Shown piece by piece: positions 61,150 to 64,000 of a stretch of DNA of 64,000 nt. Below the pieces are notes generated by a model. The model did not search any database. It had not been told where the DNA came from and was given only the letters and a program-made list of their open reading frames with translations. Origin of the DNA: Candidatus Saccharimonadales bacterium (GTDB taxonomy: Bacteria > Patescibacteriota > Saccharimonadia > Saccharimonadales > EFPC-124); NCBI GenBank assembly GCA_035280845.1, contig DATEFB010000025.1, forward strand, positions 740 to 64,739, read 5' to 3'. The position numbers and the translations under genes were made by a program. Each line of letters begins with the position of its first letter. Position 1 is the first letter of the stretch.

Positions 61150-62226
61150 CTACTTCTTTTTGCGGCTGAGCTTAGACTTGCCGTCAGCACTGCTGAACGT
61201 CTTACTGCCCCCTGCCCTGCCAATAATATGCTGGTTGTAACGGCGGATTCCGACGCGGAGTAAGAAGAACAGCGCTGTACCGATAACCACTACTAAGATG
61301 ATTAGCTTGTACGGAATGACCCAGAAGTTAATGGTCTGCGTCAGCTGTTTCTGGCCTTGACCATAACTTACGTTAACCTTTGCGGTGTAATAGCCAAATA
61401 AGAATCCAGCGTCGCTTACGGTCTCGCCAAAGCGCCGTGTGCTTTGCGGCAGCACGCTCTTAGGCGGGTCTTTAGGATTTGTAGGGTCACCATTCACGCG
61501 AACGGTAGACACTTTACTGCCAAACGCATTAAAAATCTCTACAGTACCAGTCGGTTTGACGTGTACGTTGCCGGAGTTTTTTATGCGCTGCACAAAGCCA
61601 AGCGGGCCCGTTTCAAAGAAGCTGGTGTTTGTATATTCAGGGTCGCCATTTTGCTTCGTGTGCACGGTTGCCGGCGCAAACTCAATCATTTCGGCGTCCT
61701 CTTTAATGTCGCCAGCTACCTGCAGAAGCACCAGGCTGCCAATGCTTCCGGTGAGTGAAACGCCACTTTGCTCGAGGTCTGGCGCAGTTCCCGTAAAGCG
61801 GATAACGGCATAGTGACCACCTGGTTCTGCATCGTTAGGAACGGTAATGGGGAACGTCAGTGTTTTAGTTTCTTTGCTGGCGATCTTAAAAGGTTGGGGC
61901 GAAGCGATCCAATTCCTTAGCGAGTATGTAACGCTCTGTGTGTCATCGAAAATAATATTTGGGTCACCCGATTCATCTTTGGCGCCGAAATCATTGAACT
62001 GCGTTTTAATGAGCAGCTCGCCGCCCGATACGTTTGTAAATTTAATGGTGGCATTCACAGTCTGGCCGGGGTCAGCTTTAAGCTCAATGAGCGGCGGAGA
62101 AATAGAGAACGCCTGCCCTGCTTCAGCTTTTACACCAGCGACAGGCAAGGCAGTAGCAAACACGACTGCCGCTGCGAACAGACAGACTACCCTGACGACA
62201 CCGTGGTGCAAGTGACGTAACTTCAT
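61150..62226 (-). CDS. DUF916/DUF3324-like (CscA-like) cell-surface protein with signal peptide and C-terminal TM anchor
   Basis: FSISPPLIELKADPGQTVNATIKFTNVSGGEL resembles the DUF916 N-terminus. C-terminal anchor LIILVVVIGTALFFLL followed by RVGIRRY. Confidence 0.45.
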   Translation of the reverse strand: MKLRHLHHGVVRVVCLFAAAVVFATALPVAGVKAEAGQAFSISPPLIELKADPGQTVNATIKFTNVSGGELLIKTQFNDFGAKDESGDPNIIFDDTQSVTYSLRNWIASPQPFKIASKETKTLTFPITVPNDAEPGGHYAVIRFTGTAPDLEQSGVSLTGSIGSLVLLQVAGDIKEDAEMIEFAPATVHTKQNGDPEYTNTSFFETGPLGFVQRIKNSGNVHVKPTGTVEIFNAFGSKVSTVRVNGDPTNPKDPPKSVLPQSTRRFGETVSDAGFLFGYYTAKVNVSYGQGQKQLTQTINFWVIPYKLIILVVVIGTALFFLLRVGIRRYNQHIIGRAGGSKTFSSADGKSKLSRKKK

Positions 62227-62268
62227 TGCTTTGGATTATACAGAAAACTGCCAAGCGTGACTACCACC

Positions 62269-63339
62269 CTAAAAGGTGGCGGTCGCGATGTAAGTCATTG
62301 TTGCTGTATATGTACCTGCTGGCTGGTTGCCTGGAATGTTGGCAATGTATGAGACCGTAAACAGGCGGAAGGCGTCTGACGAGGCCTTGCTTGCAACCTG
62401 GTCGCCGGTGACAAAGCGGTATTGGTCTGCTGTGTTGTAGTTTGCAGTTGGAGTCGCGGTACCCGCGCCTGCTGGCTCAGCGCCTACGTCTGGTGCTGCG
62501 TTATCTTTTAAGTTAAGGCCGAATTGAGCGCTGCCCTGAGCAGAAGCAGTTTGTGTCGCAAGTGCAGTAACCGAGTTTGAAGCAGAAGTTAGTGTTGCGC
62601 CATTGACCGTTACTGCATATCCTGTGGCGGCGTTTGTGGAGATGCCAATTTGAGATGTGCCCGAGCCTGTTGTGCTGGCGGTCAGTGCCCCAAGGTTAAC
62701 TGCGGTGCCTGTTGCGCCTGCGCAGCTGGAGCTTGTGATGCCGGATGTTCCTGTGCAGAATGTCAGCGTCTCGTCGACTGACGCGCTCAGCTGAATTTGG
62801 TTAGCGGTGCTTGATGCAACCGTACCTGTGTCGATGGGAGTAGTAAATGTCGCGTCAGAGTATGTTGTGATGCGCGCGTAGAAGGTTGTGTTGACTGCGT
62901 TTGGGTTTGTGATGTTTGTGAACTGCAGGCTGGCCGTGGTTGGTGCGCCGGTGCTTGAACCGTTTGCAATACGAAGACGACCGTTTGTCGTAAACGTACC
63001 CGTCCAGCTACCGCCGGAGCCAATGCCGCTGATTGTGCCGACTGCTGCTGCCGTTGTTGTAAGCCCGGCAGGAACGTTGGTCGATGGTGGCGTACATGTG
63101 CCAGAAGCAGTCGTACAAATGTCGATGTTGACTGACTTAATGTTAGTAGCTTGTGCAGGCGTGAATGCGAATGTGTACGTTACCCCGGTGCCGCCTGCGT
63201 TCCCTGGAGCTGAATTGCTAATCGTAAGACTTCTTGCAGTCACTTGCAGCGCGCTTGCTGGCGCCGATGGCACAATTGCCGCCGTAACGGCCAGTGCGCT
63301 TACTATATACGCGACTCTCTTTGCTATTTTTTTCAACAT
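62269..63339 (-). CDS. Secreted Thr/Ala/Gly-rich beta-rich surface protein (WxL-like or pilin-like), paralog of the next gene
   Basis: Signal peptide. The C-terminal ~150 aa align with 63420-64000 (VNLGAL.., QFG(L/I)NLK.N.AP..GAEP, TANQY(R/K).V.G, ..G(T/S)Y....). Confidence 0.55.
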   Translation of the reverse strand: MLKKIAKRVAYIVSALAVTAAIVPSAPASALQVTARSLTISNSAPGNAGGTGVTYTFAFTPAQATNIKSVNIDICTTASGTCTPPSTNVPAGLTTTAAAVGTISGIGSGGSWTGTFTTNGRLRIANGSSTGAPTTASLQFTNITNPNAVNTTFYARITTYSDATFTTPIDTGTVASSTANQIQLSASVDETLTFCTGTSGITSSSCAGATGTAVNLGALTASTTGSGTSQIGISTNAATGYAVTVNGATLTSASNSVTALATQTASAQGSAQFGLNLKDNAAPDVGAEPAGAGTATPTANYNTADQYRFVTGDQVASKASSDAFRLFTVSYIANIPGNQPAGTYTATMTYIATATF

Positions 63340-63419
63340 TTACCCGGTACGCCTCCCTAGCGTTATTACTACCAAAGTACCATAAAGCCACTTCGGGATA
63401 CAATGATGCTTATGATAAT

Positions 63420-64000
63420 TTAGTATGTCCCCACGACCACTAATGTTTGCTTGCCTGAATAGCTGCCGCCGGGTGTATTGTTTGAAATATTTACAATGTA
63501 AGAAATGGTGTACGTTGTCTTGCCAGAGCTCTTGGGTGCCGATGCAATAGTGTTCCCGGCAACGTATTTGTATTGGTTTGCTGTGTTGTAGCCTGTTGCC
63601 GCAACGCCAAAAGAGAATGTGTTATCTGGCACCTCTAAGGGCTCTGCGCCAAACGTCGTCGGAGCTGTATTTGCTTTAAGGTTTATGCCAAATTGCTCTG
63701 TATTGGTAGCCGACGCCGCTTGCGACGCAAGTCCTGTTAAAGTGTGCACGCCATTATCGGGAGGATTGCCAATAGTCTGCACAATGTAGCCATAGCTTGT
63801 ATAGTTAAGGACGCTAAATGTCGCCGTTCCCGTTCGGGTGAGCGATGTAGAGAGTGCGCCCAGGTTCACGCTGGCAGTATCGACGCTCATACTTAAGGTT
63901 GGGTCACTTGTGGTCTGGCTGCCAGATTGTGTACGGTACGCCGTACCGCTTCCGTCGCCAGCTGCCGCTCCACCAATTGCGTCCTGCGAAATATAACTAG
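63420..64000 (-). CDS. Secreted beta-rich surface protein, 5' end beyond the window
   Basis: The frame stays open upstream of the track ATG (63890) to position 64000 by hand translation. Paralog of 62269-63339. Confidence 0.55.
   Translation of the reverse strand, partial: SYISQDAIGGAAAGDGSGTAYRTQSGSQTTSDPTLSMSVDTASVNLGALSTSLTRTGTATFSVLNYTSYGYIVQTIGNPPDNGVHTLTGLASQAASATNTEQFGINLKANTAPTTFGAEPLEVPDNTFSFGVAATGYNTANQYKYVAGNTIASAPKSSGKTTYTISYIVNISNNTPGGSYSGKQTLVVVGTY

Noticed and set aside
1-64000. CRISPR arrays, tRNA/rRNA genes, IS elements and long direct repeats.
   Set aside because: Reading the intergenic regions, I found no spacer-repeat periodicity, no tRNA T-loop/acceptor pattern and no transposase or integrase ORF. 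A computational repeat search could still reveal short repeats I cannot see by eye.

Overview
This is a 64-kb contiguous, densely coding chromosomal window with about 60 supportable protein genes. I recognised no rRNA, tRNA, CRISPR array, transposase or integrase. From gene content alone, the backbone looks like a Patescibacteria/CPR (Saccharibacteria-like) or similar small-genome, Gram-positive-type bacterium. That guess rests on a type IV pilus operon with G|FTL(L/I/V)E pseudopilins, a CcdA plus thioredoxin pair, a membrane-fused spermidine-synthase-like protein, a DUF2206-like giant membrane protein, receiver-only response regulators, a short Zwf and a lone FolP.

Main blocks:
- 1-3925: two-component genes, Crp, GreA and an AstE/AspA-like hydrolase.
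- 3926-6886: a phage-tail-fibre-like gene coupled to a LamG/FN3/PhoD-type phosphodiesterase.
- 6938-11323: a spermidine-synthase-like gene, a GH10 lipoprotein and an orphan DUF4868/KwaB-like gene.
- 11301-24615: one minus-strand supercluster. It runs RR, PilB, PilC, five (pseudo)pilins (one fused to a 7-8-bladed repeat domain), HK, PAP2, HK, membrane proteins, RR.
- 26964-32480: housekeeping genes (CcdA, Trx, MFS, Zwf, FolP).
- 32985-35330: a second tail-fibre-like operon.
- 42985-48481: TypA, an FNR-like reductase, a DEAD-box helicase and a hydrolase.
- 48596-61148: a surface-glycan locus with a deacetylase-GT4-GT4 triple fusion.
- 61150-64000: a DUF916/CscA-like gene plus paralogous secreted beta-rich proteins.

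The most unusual signal is five short islands of very GC-rich, GC3-saturated (actinobacterial-style) coding sequence embedded in the moderate-GC backbone. They lie at about 24.8-26.9, 32.5-32.8, 36.5-37.3, 40.5-42.9 and 44.9-45.4 kb. Each ends in a GC-rich hairpin, and none has a mobility gene. One of them (40.5-42.9 kb) is a compact three-gene module: an SPFH/Band-7 protein flanked by two paralogous unknown proteins. I consider this the best candidate for an undescribed system. All functional calls come from motif reading by eye; no database search was possible.
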